Shown here: piece by piece, positions 26,596 through 37,344 of the stretch | Position numbering within the stretch: the first letter of the stretch is position 1 | How the letters are laid out: every line of letters begins with the position of its first letter | Position numbers and translations under genes: made by a program | The notes under the pieces: model-generated | Seen by the model: only the letters and a program-made list of their open reading frames with translations | Databases searched by the model: none | Told to the model about the DNA's origin: nothing | NCBI GenBank assembly: GCA_010909165.1 | Contig: VJWM01000003.1 | Span: 310,001-374,000, forward strand | DNA from: Anthoceros angustus | Taxonomy: Eukaryota > Plantae > Anthocerotophyta | Length of the DNA stretch: 64,000 nucleotides | Reading direction: 5' to 3'

Positions 26596-28018
26596 TTCAG
26601 GCACGGCTCTCGGAAGATGAGAAGCAAAGCAGGCTGTGCAGGCCGTGGCAGGATGCCTAGATCCTTAGACCGTGCATGACGACCACCCTTAGCCAGCGCA
26701 GTGCTGATGTGAATTGATCACCGAAGGCGAAGTCAAAGTCACAAAACAGAAAAACGAACCAGCCGAGCTGTGCAATGGCAGGGTGATCGAAAGCAGAGCA
26801 AGGCTAATACGGGGATCGGAAACTGCATGATCCCGCCTGTCTTGTGTTCTGAGCACGATCCATGAAATGCCAGTCGATAGACCTGTGTTGAAAAGCAGAC
26901 TACATATTGTTCTCCTGATGGGCGTGGACGTGTTCTCAGGTTCAACTTCATTACAGAAATGAATACATGTCCAAACCAACTTCAACCTGTGTTCAACTTG
27001 GTTTGGACACATTCGTAGAGTTCGACGTCCCTTGTTCTATAGACTCTTCCGTTTGGGTTCAAAGTATCGTGATGCTCATTGCCTGGGGAAGACGTTTGAT
27101 CTTACAACCATGACTGGGAAGTTGCTTGAAAAGGGCCGGGCGGGGGAAAGGATTTCTTCGATGGAAGCAAACTCTGATCTTCCCTGTCGGTAACACCGAG
27201 GACAACGATTTCTTCGAAGATGTCCTACAGATAAGCTTGTAAGCTGTGAACCACTTGTTCACAATCCTGCTTGCTGACCGGGTTCAAACTCGCCGATAGT
27301 TTCTCTTCAGATCCATGGTTGCATTCTGCTAGATTTCTGAAGAAGACAATCCTAATCCGGTCATGTTGAATTACGACCCAGGTACGCAGAAATTTCATTG
27401 CAAATCCCTCTTGTCCCAGCTGGCCGTAGGAGATTCAACCCCCGCATTCCCCGATTTGAATGTCGCAAGCAACTGCACAAGCTTGCACACGGAGGGTAGT
27501 GCCCCCACGAACGAGCATGCACTGTTACAGGAGTTCCTGCTCCTCCTGGACACATCTCTTTCAAACGTCCTTTCCGAAGCTGGGAGGCAAATAGGACTCA
27601 CTATTGGCATTCCTTCCTTGCACTCTTCATGGCAGAACTGCCATGGCAGCGGCCCGCCTATGTCTATGTATGGATGCCCACCCTTTGGCATCGGGAGAAC
27701 TGCAAATTGACCTCCTTTTGCCAGCACCTGATCCCTCTATATGTTCTACTTTGTACCGATTCTAATAGTTGAAAACCCCACCGGTACAGCCATGGCTTGG
27801 TAGGGTCAGGGAGCAAGTGAGACCAAGATGTTTAGGTAGTCTCGTTTGCTCAATCCCGTTCGTTCTGGCATGCAAATCCGCCCTGAACTTCAGATCATTT
27901 CCTTAGCACAGACCCTCGTCTCCCGCATCCACATCCTCTTGAAAACCGATTGCTGATTCTTCTCGACTCCCACATGCAATATTTCACCTGCTGAGCACGG
28001 GCTAGACCTTCATCATTC

Positions 28019-31000
28019 TCATGGTCGACCCTTACAACTGCAACAACCAGCTGAAAACCGATGCACACGGTAACCATCCCTTACAACAATGTCTCTCTTT
28101 TCGACCCTGGACATAATCTCAGTGGAACTGTGGCAGTCATTGCACATGCGTAGATTTTTTGTTACCACCAGACGTGTGCCACTCGGAGTGTTCAAGAGAC
28201 CATACGCCAGAGCTAGCTTCTCAGCATGCCCGCAAAGCGCATCTTCCTTCTCCTTCTCAGATACTGGCTTCAACACCAAGTTTGTGTGTGGTACGTGGCC
28301 CCCTTCCTGCTTGAGACGTGCATTCATGCTGTCTACCTCGAGAGCGATATCGTTTCTGTTTTCTCCCACCACAAATGTATGTACCTGCTGGTTCACCTCA
28401 ATGCCCGCTACTGCAGGTTTCTTCTTAGCTCCTGCTGCCAGTCTCTGTGTTTCAATTCTCTCTACATCGGTCCACATACCTGCATCTGCATAGGCATTTG
28501 CCATCAGCACATATGCGGATGCCTGCTGAGGCTCCAGCCTAACGAGGCTTTCAAAGCACCGCGTTGCCCTCTGTATATCACCATGAATTTTACAGGCATT
28601 CAACAACGACCTCAACCCCACAACATTACTTTGGCCCTCACATGATAGTAGCATGTTCTCTGCCTCATCTAGATTGCCTGCTCGCCCAAGAAGATCAATC
28701 ATGCAAATGTAATGCCCAATATTAGGTTTCATGCCATGCTGGTCAACCATAGAGTTGAAGTGCTTGCGACCCTCATTCACCAGTCCCTCATGACTGCATG
28801 CTACTAAAACGCAAGTAAAAGTAGAATCATCAGGCTGAACACCAGCTACTAACATCTCCTCGAAACAAGCTAGAGCCTTGTGACTTTCATCACAAGCACC
28901 ACACCCAGATATCAGGGCATTCCATGTCGCCACATCCTTTGTGGCCAAGCTATCAAAAACCCGGCGTGCCTCTTCGAGTTCACCACATTTTGGATACATG
29001 TCTACCAGGCAGGTGCCCAGAATGTTATCTAGCAGTCCTCTTTCCACAATCTGTGAGTGGAGCTGCCTGCCCTTCTGTAAGGCACCAGCACTTCCACAGG
29101 CCTTCAGAAGGCAAGCAAACGTGACATGGTCAGCCACAATCAGGCCCTCCTGCTCCATTTGTCCATAGAGAACAAGCGCCTCCTGACTAAGCTCTTGCTG
29201 TACATACCCTGCAATCAGGGCGTTCCATGTCACCACGTTCTTTGTGGGCAAGCTGTCAAAAACCTCACGTGCACATTCTAGTTTGCCACATTTTGCGTAT
29301 CCAGCTATAAGGGCTGTCCATGTCACCGCATTTTTTGTGGCCAAGCTATCAAAAACCTTCCGTGCATCTTCCAGTTCACCACATTTTGCATACATGTCCA
29401 CCAGGCACGTGCCGACAAGTATGTTATCTAGCAGACCTCTTTCCACTATCTGTGAGTGCAGCTGCCTGCCCTCCTGTAAGGCACCCGTGCTTCCACAGGC
29501 CTTCAGAAGGCAAGCAAAAGTAACATGATCAGCCACAATCAGGCCCCCGTCTTCCATCTGCCCACAAAGAGCAAGAGCCTCTTGGCTGAGCCCTTCTTCT
29601 GCATAACCAGTTATAAGGACATTCCATGTCACGACATCCTTGGTGGCCAAGCTGTCAAAAAACCCCCGTGCATCTCTCAGTTCCCCACATTTCGCATACA
29701 TGTCAACCAGGCAGTTGCCAAGCAGTACGTTTTCTAGCAGTCCTCTTTCCACAATCTGTGAGTGCAGCTGCCTGCCCTTCTGTAAGGCACCAATGCTAGC
29801 GCAGGCCTTCAAAAGGCAGGCAAAAGTGACCTGGTCAGCAACCATCAGGCCGTCCTCCTCCATTTGCCCATACAGATCAAGCGCATCTTGGGCGAACCCT
29901 CGTTGTGCATACCCAGCAATCAGGGCTGTCCATGTCACCACATCCTTTGTGGGCAAAGTGTCAAAAAGTTGGCGTGCCTCTTCGAGTGCTCCACATTTTG
30001 CATACCCAGCAATCAGGGCATTCCATGTCACCACATTCTTTGTGGCCAAGCTATCAAAAACCTGGCGTGCATCTTCCAGTTTCCCACATTTTGCATACCC
30101 AGCAATCAGAGTATTACCTGTCACCACATTCTTGGTGGCCAAGCTATCAAAAACCCGGTGTGCATCATCCAGTTTGCCACATTTTGCGTACATGTCCACC
30201 AGGCAGTTCCCAACAAACAAGTTAGGAGGAAGGCCACTGTGCAACACATCACAGTGTACTTTCCTGCCAGATTCCAAGTCCGCAGCAAGTGCACAAGCTT
30301 GAAGGGCAGCTACAAAGACATGCGCATCCGCCTTCACACCTGAGCTACGCATATCATTGTACAATTCTATAGCCACTTCAGGTTTCCCATGTTTGGCATG
30401 TGCAGAAATTATGGAACTCCACATGAAAGCATCTGGTTTCCCCACCTTGGTGAACACATCCATGGCCTCCTGTAGCCTACCTCCACCCGCATACATGCGC
30501 AGGATATGGTTCCCGAAGTACGTATTAGACTCGTACCCAAGTTTGACACACAGATCATGAACTCGTCGCCCCACAACCAGATCCTGTTTAGCTGCACATT
30601 CTTTTAGCACAGTATACAACAAGGACTGAGGAATAGGACAGTCTGTCTGCGCCAGAGATTCCAGGGCTCCAAAGGCCTCAATAAGCTTCCCTTGCTGACA
30701 TAACGTACTCACACTGCAAGGGGAGTCACCAAGACCCATCTGCATATCCCAAGAAACAAGCTGCTCATCCACCCAAGCTGGCTTGAACATGTTGTTTAAC
30801 CAGAGGACCTCGCCGGACCCCTTATGCCGAAAGTCAGGCGAACGGAAGCTCCTCTTATCTTGCCTGTTGTCCCACCACATGGTAGGGTCCAGAAAAAATT
30901 GACGCCACAAGAGCTCCTGCCCCTGCTCCTGGCGACGACCATCGCTGGACAGTCCTTCCCCAGCCACACATTCTGAGGAAAGTGCTGGATTCCCTGCACT

Positions 31001-31135
31001 GCTGCAGCTGGATGGTGGGCAGTATACTAGCGGTTGCCTCCATACGGTGAGGTGAGCGGGAGCTCCTCGCAAAATCCCTGTACACCTACCAATTTGTTGG
31101 GTCCACGACAAATCGGGTGGCCACACTGTGGCCAT
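28019..31135 (-). CDS. PDF-motif PLS-PPR DYW:KP (GRP) protein, 20 PPR motifs
   Basis: Intronless ORF; ATG at 31135 (the track begins at TTG 31174); WWDNR..PDFRHK..LWL; three SS motifs; HAEKLA..CNDCH..CSCKGRP. Confidence 0.95.
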   Translation of the reverse strand: MATVWPPDLSWTQQIGRCTGILRGAPAHLTVWRQPLVYCPPSSCSSAGNPALSSECVAGEGLSSDGRRQEQGQELLWRQFFLDPTMWWDNRQDKRSFRSPDFRHKGSGEVLWLNNMFKPAWVDEQLVSWDMQMGLGDSPCSVSTLCQQGKLIEAFGALESLAQTDCPIPQSLLYTVLKECAAKQDLVVGRRVHDLCVKLGYESNTYFGNHILRMYAGGGRLQEAMDVFTKVGKPDAFMWSSIISAHAKHGKPEVAIELYNDMRSSGVKADAHVFVAALQACALAADLESGRKVHCDVLHSGLPPNLFVGNCLVDMYAKCGKLDDAHRVFDSLATKNVVTGNTLIAGYAKCGKLEDARQVFDSLATKNVVTWNALIAGYAKCGALEEARQLFDTLPTKDVVTWTALIAGYAQRGFAQDALDLYGQMEEDGLMVADQVTFACLLKACASIGALQKGRQLHSQIVERGLLENVLLGNCLVDMYAKCGELRDARGFFDSLATKDVVTWNVLITGYAEEGLSQEALALCGQMEDGGLIVADHVTFACLLKACGSTGALQEGRQLHSQIVERGLLDNILVGTCLVDMYAKCGELEDARKVFDSLATKNAVTWTALIAGYAKCGKLECAREVFDSLPTKNVVTWNALIAGYVQQELSQEALVLYGQMEQEGLIVADHVTFACLLKACGSAGALQKGRQLHSQIVERGLLDNILGTCLVDMYPKCGELEEARRVFDSLATKDVATWNALISGCGACDESHKALACFEEMLVAGVQPDDSTFTCVLVACSHEGLVNEGRKHFNSMVDQHGMKPNIGHYICMIDLLGRAGNLDEAENMLLSCEGQSNVVGLRSLLNACKIHGDIQRATRCFESLVRLEPQQASAYVLMANAYADAGMWTDVERIETQRLAAGAKKKPAVAGIEVNQQVHTFVVGENRNDIALEVDSMNARLKQEGGHVPHTNLVLKPVSEKEKEDALCGHAEKLALAYGLLNTPSGTRLVVTKNLRMCNDCHSSTEIMSRVEKRDIVVRDGYRVHRFSAGCCSCKGRP

Positions 31136-31622
31136 CTTACAGGCACCACTTTCCGAAGATGAGATGCACAGCAAACTATGCAGACCGTGGCAAGAGGCCT
31201 ACATACTGTGAGCGAGTGTTCATGCTCACTGTTAGCAAGCGCATGCGAACTGTGCAACAGCAAGATGGATGATTCAGGCGGAGCAAGAATTACAGGAGAC
31301 TGGCTTGAGTGATTCAATGCTGGCAGTTACGCATTCCAGTGGTGTGCGCATCGTTATAATATTAACATACAACAGATATCAAGTCCAACCTGGCTCATCA
31401 TCGTCGGCTACACCTAGCTCAAACTCCTTCACAACTACCTACCAAACAAAAGCGAAGAGTTGCAAATAAGTACCTAGTTCATAGCATGGTTTTGCAAATA
31501 GTGTTATAACTCTATTTGAAATCACTTGCTTTGCATTTAGGATATTATACTTGACCAACCAGGCTTTCATATCATAGTAGACAACTATTTATATCAGTCA
31601 AAGCTTACCATGCGCGCAGGCA

Positions 31623-31932
31623 TAGTGCAAGGCTGTCCCTCTCGTACTTCACAGCATACTTCCGAGAGCGGGTTTCGATTGCTCTTCAACGGGCGCTCTC
31701 AACGGCGATTCTCCATAAGGCGGCGACGGTGGGTGATGCCTTTTCCTCTTCCTCCGTGGTTTTGCGGGCGTTATTCTACCCGCATATGACATTGTGGGTG
31801 CAGTTGGTCACTTTAGGTAGGGAGCTCGATTGCTCCTCTTCACTCCGACCCCCGGGTCCCCATTTGTTGTCCCCTCCTAGATGGTCTCTTTCCATCGTTC
31901 TTTCACCTCAATAAATCATCCATTCTTTATAT
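31623..31932. repeat. ~300-bp dispersed repeat, diverged direct copy at ~38232-38541
   Basis: Shared GGCGCTCTCAACGGCGAT, ATTGTGGGTGCAGT, AGGTAGGGAGCTC, TTGTCCCCTCCTAGATGG and TTTCACCTCAATAAA. Confidence 0.8.
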
Positions 31933-32150
31933 CAGTTAAATGTACGTATACTCAAAGACTTTGAATACAATAAATATACTTCACCGTATGTTTTTCAAAT
32001 ATGATGGTATTGGGAATAAATTTAAACTCAAACAAAAAACAATTCGTGGAACCAAATTTCAAATTAGGTGGTAAAGAACAGAACACATGGTAGGGCCAGC
32101 CAGGGCGGGGATTTTGGCTCAAACGAACAGTAGCCTAACCCTAACTCGAA

Positions 32151-32406
32151 GAGAGAAGAAGAAGAATTTTATTTAAGTCCACTAAGGACGGATTTCCGTC
32201 ATGGGACTAAAATATGATAATCACATAGATTGCGGTAAACTGGTCTGGACTAATGTAAAGGTAAAATTCAAACAAGACAAATAATCTTCAATCAATCAAG
32301 TGTCAATGAAATTGCACGAACGAGGGCCAAACACCACCAATTCATCCCCACGAAAGAAAGCCACTTGACCTGCAGCACGAGCTGCTCTGAAACGAAGGGT
32401 GATGGC
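32151..32406 (-). mobile_element. 256-bp probable retroposed (LINE/SINE-like) insertion with 39-bp flanking direct repeats
   Basis: Direct repeats at 32112-32150 and 32407-32445 (2 mismatches); the minus strand ends with AATAAA followed by a (TTC)n tail. Confidence 0.55.
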
Positions 32407-33364
32407 TTTTGGCTCAAACGAACAATAGCCTAATCCTAACTCGAATAAGCTTGTATCCGAAGAACATTCATACCTAAACTTGTTGTAATATTATGGTTTA
32501 TTTACGTCTGCTAACTAGAGTCCTTCTATCCTTAACGGACATAAATAAAATTGTTTCTGTTGGTTTAAGTGTATAGGTTGGACCGTCCACGACCTGGAGA
32601 CCAACCTAGACACAGGTTCTATTGCCCGCAACGAGAATTATTTTTAGACTTCTATTCTTGTTGCTTCGTCCACGAGCTGAAAATCTACTTGGACCATATT
32701 TGATTCCTAGCAATGAGAATAATTTCTATAGTTTCCTTGTTGCTCTTTCAGCATAATTACTATGGGCACAACCTAGTTTTCATGATGCTTTGAATAAACC
32801 TTTTTCTAGCAATCTGGCTCGTGGACATTCTTGCCTTCTGTTAATTTAAGCTCGGTACGTATTTGCTTAACCTTTAACCTCAAACTAGAAGCCTGAAGGA
32901 GGAGTGAATGGCAGATGCCTCCAACTCTCACCAGCCTCTCTCTAGCATCAAGCCTGTTCTCATATTTTGCTTTACGAATATGATGACTCGTCGTACTTTT
33001 CCTTCAATAAGTGACATGGTTTATGTGTTGTAAGTTAACATTAATTTTATAGAAGATATAAATACCAACCAATGAGGGATCATATATAACTTGACTTATA
33101 TTAAATTAGAACACATTGCACGACAAAAAAACTATTTTGTATGATGTGATCAAGAAGTGGTCTCTAGCTATAGGTACATTGTCGAAGAGTCTAATTATTG
33201 CATGCATTCAATAGGAATAATAAGTTTTTGAAATACAAAAAAAATCAATAATAAATATACCGATTGTAGAATAAAAATCTTTACTTTTATCCTTCACAAG
33301 GGATATAATAAATGAAATTGAAACAAATATATGCTTAACTGTACTTCAAAAGCCTTGTGATTAA

Positions 33365-33480
33365 AAACAAACAAAGTTACTAACCAACACTGACCATGAA
33401 CATCAAACAAAGTTACTAACCAACACTGAACCGGAACATGAACATCAAACAAAGTTACGATCCAACACTGAACATAAACA
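33365..33480. repeat. ~40-bp tandem repeat x3
   Basis: AACAAAGTTACTAACCAACACTGA..ATGAACATCA units. Confidence 0.8.
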
Positions 33481-34170
33481 TCACTGCAAGTAGACAAAGT
33501 ACTAGGTTATAATGTTTTTTGCTCTCGGAGTTGTTGATCTTCTTTGCTTCAAAAGCCTGAGAAGGTTGTGCACACATTTTAGTTGGTTTGAAGCTCCCAC
33601 CTTTAGTACACAAAGGAGCAATAACATAACTATTGTGATTCTCAATTCTTCTCCTCTTCTTGTCAGATTTCCTTGAATGTTTCCCCTTCACACTCCCTCG
33701 AGCGAGTACTCCTGTGGGCTCTTGGATAGGTAGTTCTATGACATCTTCAACCTTCAGTGACTTTCCTTGTTTCTCTTTGTGACCTGTACAACAAAACACT
33801 TTAAACTATAATTAAAATTTAATGATAATAAAAATCAGCATCCAAAAGTTCTCAATTGTGGAAAATAAATTGATAGAAGTTCAAAACTCAAATTAATGAT
33901 GGAATATGTACATCAAAGAGATAAGTTTAATACAGACTTACAAGGAGTAAAGTTTGAAGCGGATTTCGATTTACCAGGATGAATGTATTGTGGACGCTGA
34001 GATGTGCCATCATCAAATAGCATGTTGATTGTGACAATGTTTCCTTCTCCTAGAACTTCAAGAAGTCGCTGAAATTTATCCTCACTTGAAGCTTTCGTAT
34101 TGGTATGATCCTTAATTGCAAGACCATATTGCCCGAAAACAATTTCTAGATCTTCATTCACCTTCTCCAT
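33455..34170 (-). CDS. Orphan two-exon gene, copy 1 (5' end uncertain)
   Basis: Exons 34170-33975 and 33783-33455, phase-1 GT-AG intron; homologous to 36434-37344 in both exons. Confidence 0.5.
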
Positions 34171-35122
34171 GACCAAGTTCCCTTAAGCAGCTGCAAGAAA
34201 GTTTCCCACTTGGTTTCGACAAGTTTCATGTACACTTCCTAGGGAGTCCAAACAACATCATGTACAAGTGTACCATCAATCACAATACTAACAAACATAA
34301 CACTCAGCCACACATGCATGATTGTTTGAAGAATAAGTGACACATGGATAAGGACACGATAAAACATTTATAGAATTTATCATACTTCCAAGATACAATA
34401 CAATGAATCATCTACCATATACATGCATATATCAAGAGATAGAGAAAAAAGAAATACATACCTACTGAGTCCAGATGCACAAAGAAATAGGATTAAAAGT
34501 CATCCCTAGCTGTATACATATATAGTTGAAAATCAAATGATGCTTCGATTAAAATGTGTCAATACTCGATATCATTTGTGGGAAAGTAAATAATAATCAT
34601 ATTTAGTCTTCTTTGATTTTTAACTTAGAATATATCTTATTTTATTTGTACATACAATAGTACCTCCAAAATGAGTTTTTCTATTAAAAATGATTTATTT
34701 TCAGCTATATTTTCATTTTTCAGCTTGCTTACTACTTGTTTCTACTCAAAATTGCTCAAATTATTTATATAGATAAATATCTATTAACAAAAACAATGCG
34801 ATAAGTCATATCTTAGTATCACACATACCAAACACTATGTGAATCTAGCATCTGGCTGCATATCTCTTTGGTCGTTATCTTCAAACCTACGTTGATAGCT
34901 AAGTGCTAGGGGTTTGCACGCAAAGTTGAGCGCAAACAAGGATGAAAGCTTACATGACTTTGGATTACAAAGAGGATAAAACAACAATTTAATGATGATA
35001 TAAATATACAATAACTAGGGCTATGTCTCGGGTTATACATGGTGCCGCAATCATGGCCAACACAGTCTCTATGCCATACTCTAGCATGCATAATATGTTT
35101 GACAAGCCCAATGATATTTTTA

Positions 35123-35340
35123 GAGAGTGGCTTGCCTTGCTTGCTTCAAGACTCGATCTCAAAACCAAAATGTGCACATTCAAGAGAGTGGCTTGCCTTG
35201 CCTACTTCATGACTCAATCTCAAAACCCAAATGTGCACATTCAAGAGAGTGACTTACCCTGCCTACTTCAAGACTCGATCTCAAAACCAAAATATCCACA
35301 TTCAAGAGAATGGCTTGCCCTGCCTACTTTATGACTCGAT
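35123..35340. repeat. ~61-bp tandem repeat x~3.5
   Basis: GAGAGTGGCTTGCCTTGC..CTTCAAGACTCGATCTCAAAACCAAAATGTGCACATTCAA units. Confidence 0.85.
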
Positions 35341-36433
35341 CTACCGAAATTCAAGATGGTCAAGGAGCGCTTCAACAGATTTTATGTTCTGCATCTTTAC
35401 CAGCAAAGTGAGGATGAAGTCACCACGAGGAGAAAACAAAAAAAGCTGTGGTTTCTTTGGCATCCAGACTCTTTCTACTTGAGCACTGTGGAAACAAAGG
35501 ATGTACGCATGTGTGCTTTCTTTTATATGAAAGGCAGATATCGGAAAGCGAGGACATACCAAAGCAATTATTGCGTGGGCTTGGGTTGTCTACTAACAAA
35601 GCAATTTGCCTGGCTTGGGTTGTTTACTAATAGCCGCGCAGGATAAGCAGTGAATTCAGCAATATTTGTTTGCTGAGTCTACGAGTAGCACCAAGCCCAA
35701 CAACTAAGTGCAGCCACCCTTTCTGTAGGTAGTAGTCTAAAAATCCATTTCTGTTTTGGTTGCTCATGGCTATGGTGTTTAGCTCCTTCCTTGTGAGTTG
35801 CTTAAGCCCAGCAATGAACCTATGCTTCGTGTTTTCTCCCTGACACCGATCCAATTTACTAGCTATGTGGAATTGGATGCATTTGTGCATGAAAATTTGC
35901 TTAGGTTTAACGAATTGGACTCTACTAGGAGCATAACTTATCATGGACAACCATAACTTGTTGATGACCATGAGAACAAAGCCAATAACTTAACAGAGGT
36001 GGTTTCTAACTAGGTGCATTGTCAAAAACACTTCAATGCATTGCATAAGTTAGTTCAAATATTTTCTTAAGATCTATAAAAAAAAGAAAATAATAGATAT
36101 ACCAATAGTAGAATCAAATGAATTGAAAAAAATGAAAATCATATGTTTAATTGCACATTTAAAGCCTTGCAATTAGAAACAGTTTCTAAGCAAACTTGGT
36201 CTTGTACATCTTCATGACACAACCTGAAGACTTTATATAAAAAAAAGAGATAGAAATCTCATTTATCCCGAGACGATGAGGAACAACCCTTTGAAGGGCA
36301 CCAGGCCAGGGGGACTAACCCTGCCATCGACCACCGTGGAACTACCTACTATCCCAAGAATGTCATGGTCTAGGAATCAACATGACTAGTACCATTATTA
36401 GAAATATCACTAGTACCACAACTAGACAAAGCA

Positions 36434-37344
36434 TTACATTACAAAGCAATTGTTCCTTCCCGAGTTGTTGATCGACGTCTCTGCTACAGAAGCCTCGGAA
36501 GGTTGTGCAGCTATTTCAGCTGCTGTGCACTTCCCAACCATAGTAAGCAAAGGAGCACCAACTGAACTCTCTTTATTCTCATCATCAACGTTAGTCTTTT
36601 TCTTTCTTCTATTCTTCTTCTTCTTCTTCTTCTTGGATTTCCTTGAGCCTTTGTCCTCGGCACTCATGTCAGTAAGTACTTCTGTGGACTCTTGGACAGA
36701 TGGACCTTCAACATCTTGGGCAGAAGCCTCGGAAGGTTGTGCAGCTATTTCAGCTACTGTGCACTTCCCAACCATAGTAAGCAAAGGAGCAACAATTGAA
36801 CTCTCTTTATTCTCATCATCGACGTTAGTCTTTTTCTTTCTTCTATTCTTCTTCTTCAGAATCTTCTTCTTGGAATTCCTTGAGCCTTTGTCCTTGGCAC
36901 TCATGTCAGTAAGTACTTCTTTGGACTCTTGGATAGGTGGACCTTCAACATCTTCGGTTTGTGATGACTTTTCCGATTCCTCCTCACCTGCATAAAAACA
37001 CTTTTGACTATGACTACTATTCTATGGTTGTAAAAGCTCCCACATATGATTTACGAATGTTATAGAATTTTTAGAAAAGAGGTTTAGAATCCAAGTTAGC
37101 AATGAAATATAAACATCAAAGAGGTGGATTTTGATATAGACTTACAAGAATGGCCTTCACGTATGGGGCGCTCAGATGTTCCGTTTTGAAATACCATATT
37201 GATTGTGACGGTGTTACCTTCAGCAAGTACTTGAAGAAGTCGATTGAAGTTATCTTCACCTGAAGCTCCCATATTGGTACGATCCTGAATTGAAAGACCA
37301 CGGCTGCCGAAGACAATATGTAGATCTTCATTAACCTTCTCCAT
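36434..37344 (-). CDS. Orphan two-exon gene, copy 2, with in-frame 234-bp internal duplication and poly-Lys/Arg (NLS-like) tracts
   Basis: Exons 37344-37146 and 36987-36434, phase-1 GT-AG intron; MEKVNEDLHIVFG..RLLQVLAEGNTVTINM; repeat units start at ~36487 and 36721. Confidence 0.55.

Noticed and set aside
26596-26604. GTG/TTG starts given by the ORF track for two PPR genes (26604, 31174)
   Set aside because: Nuclear genes; the ATGs at 26595 and 31135 align with the ATG of the first paralog (22781).
26700-27950. Spacer ORFs between the second and third PPR genes
   Set aside because: Short, with stops in all frames; possibly a decayed insertion, but nothing diagnostic.
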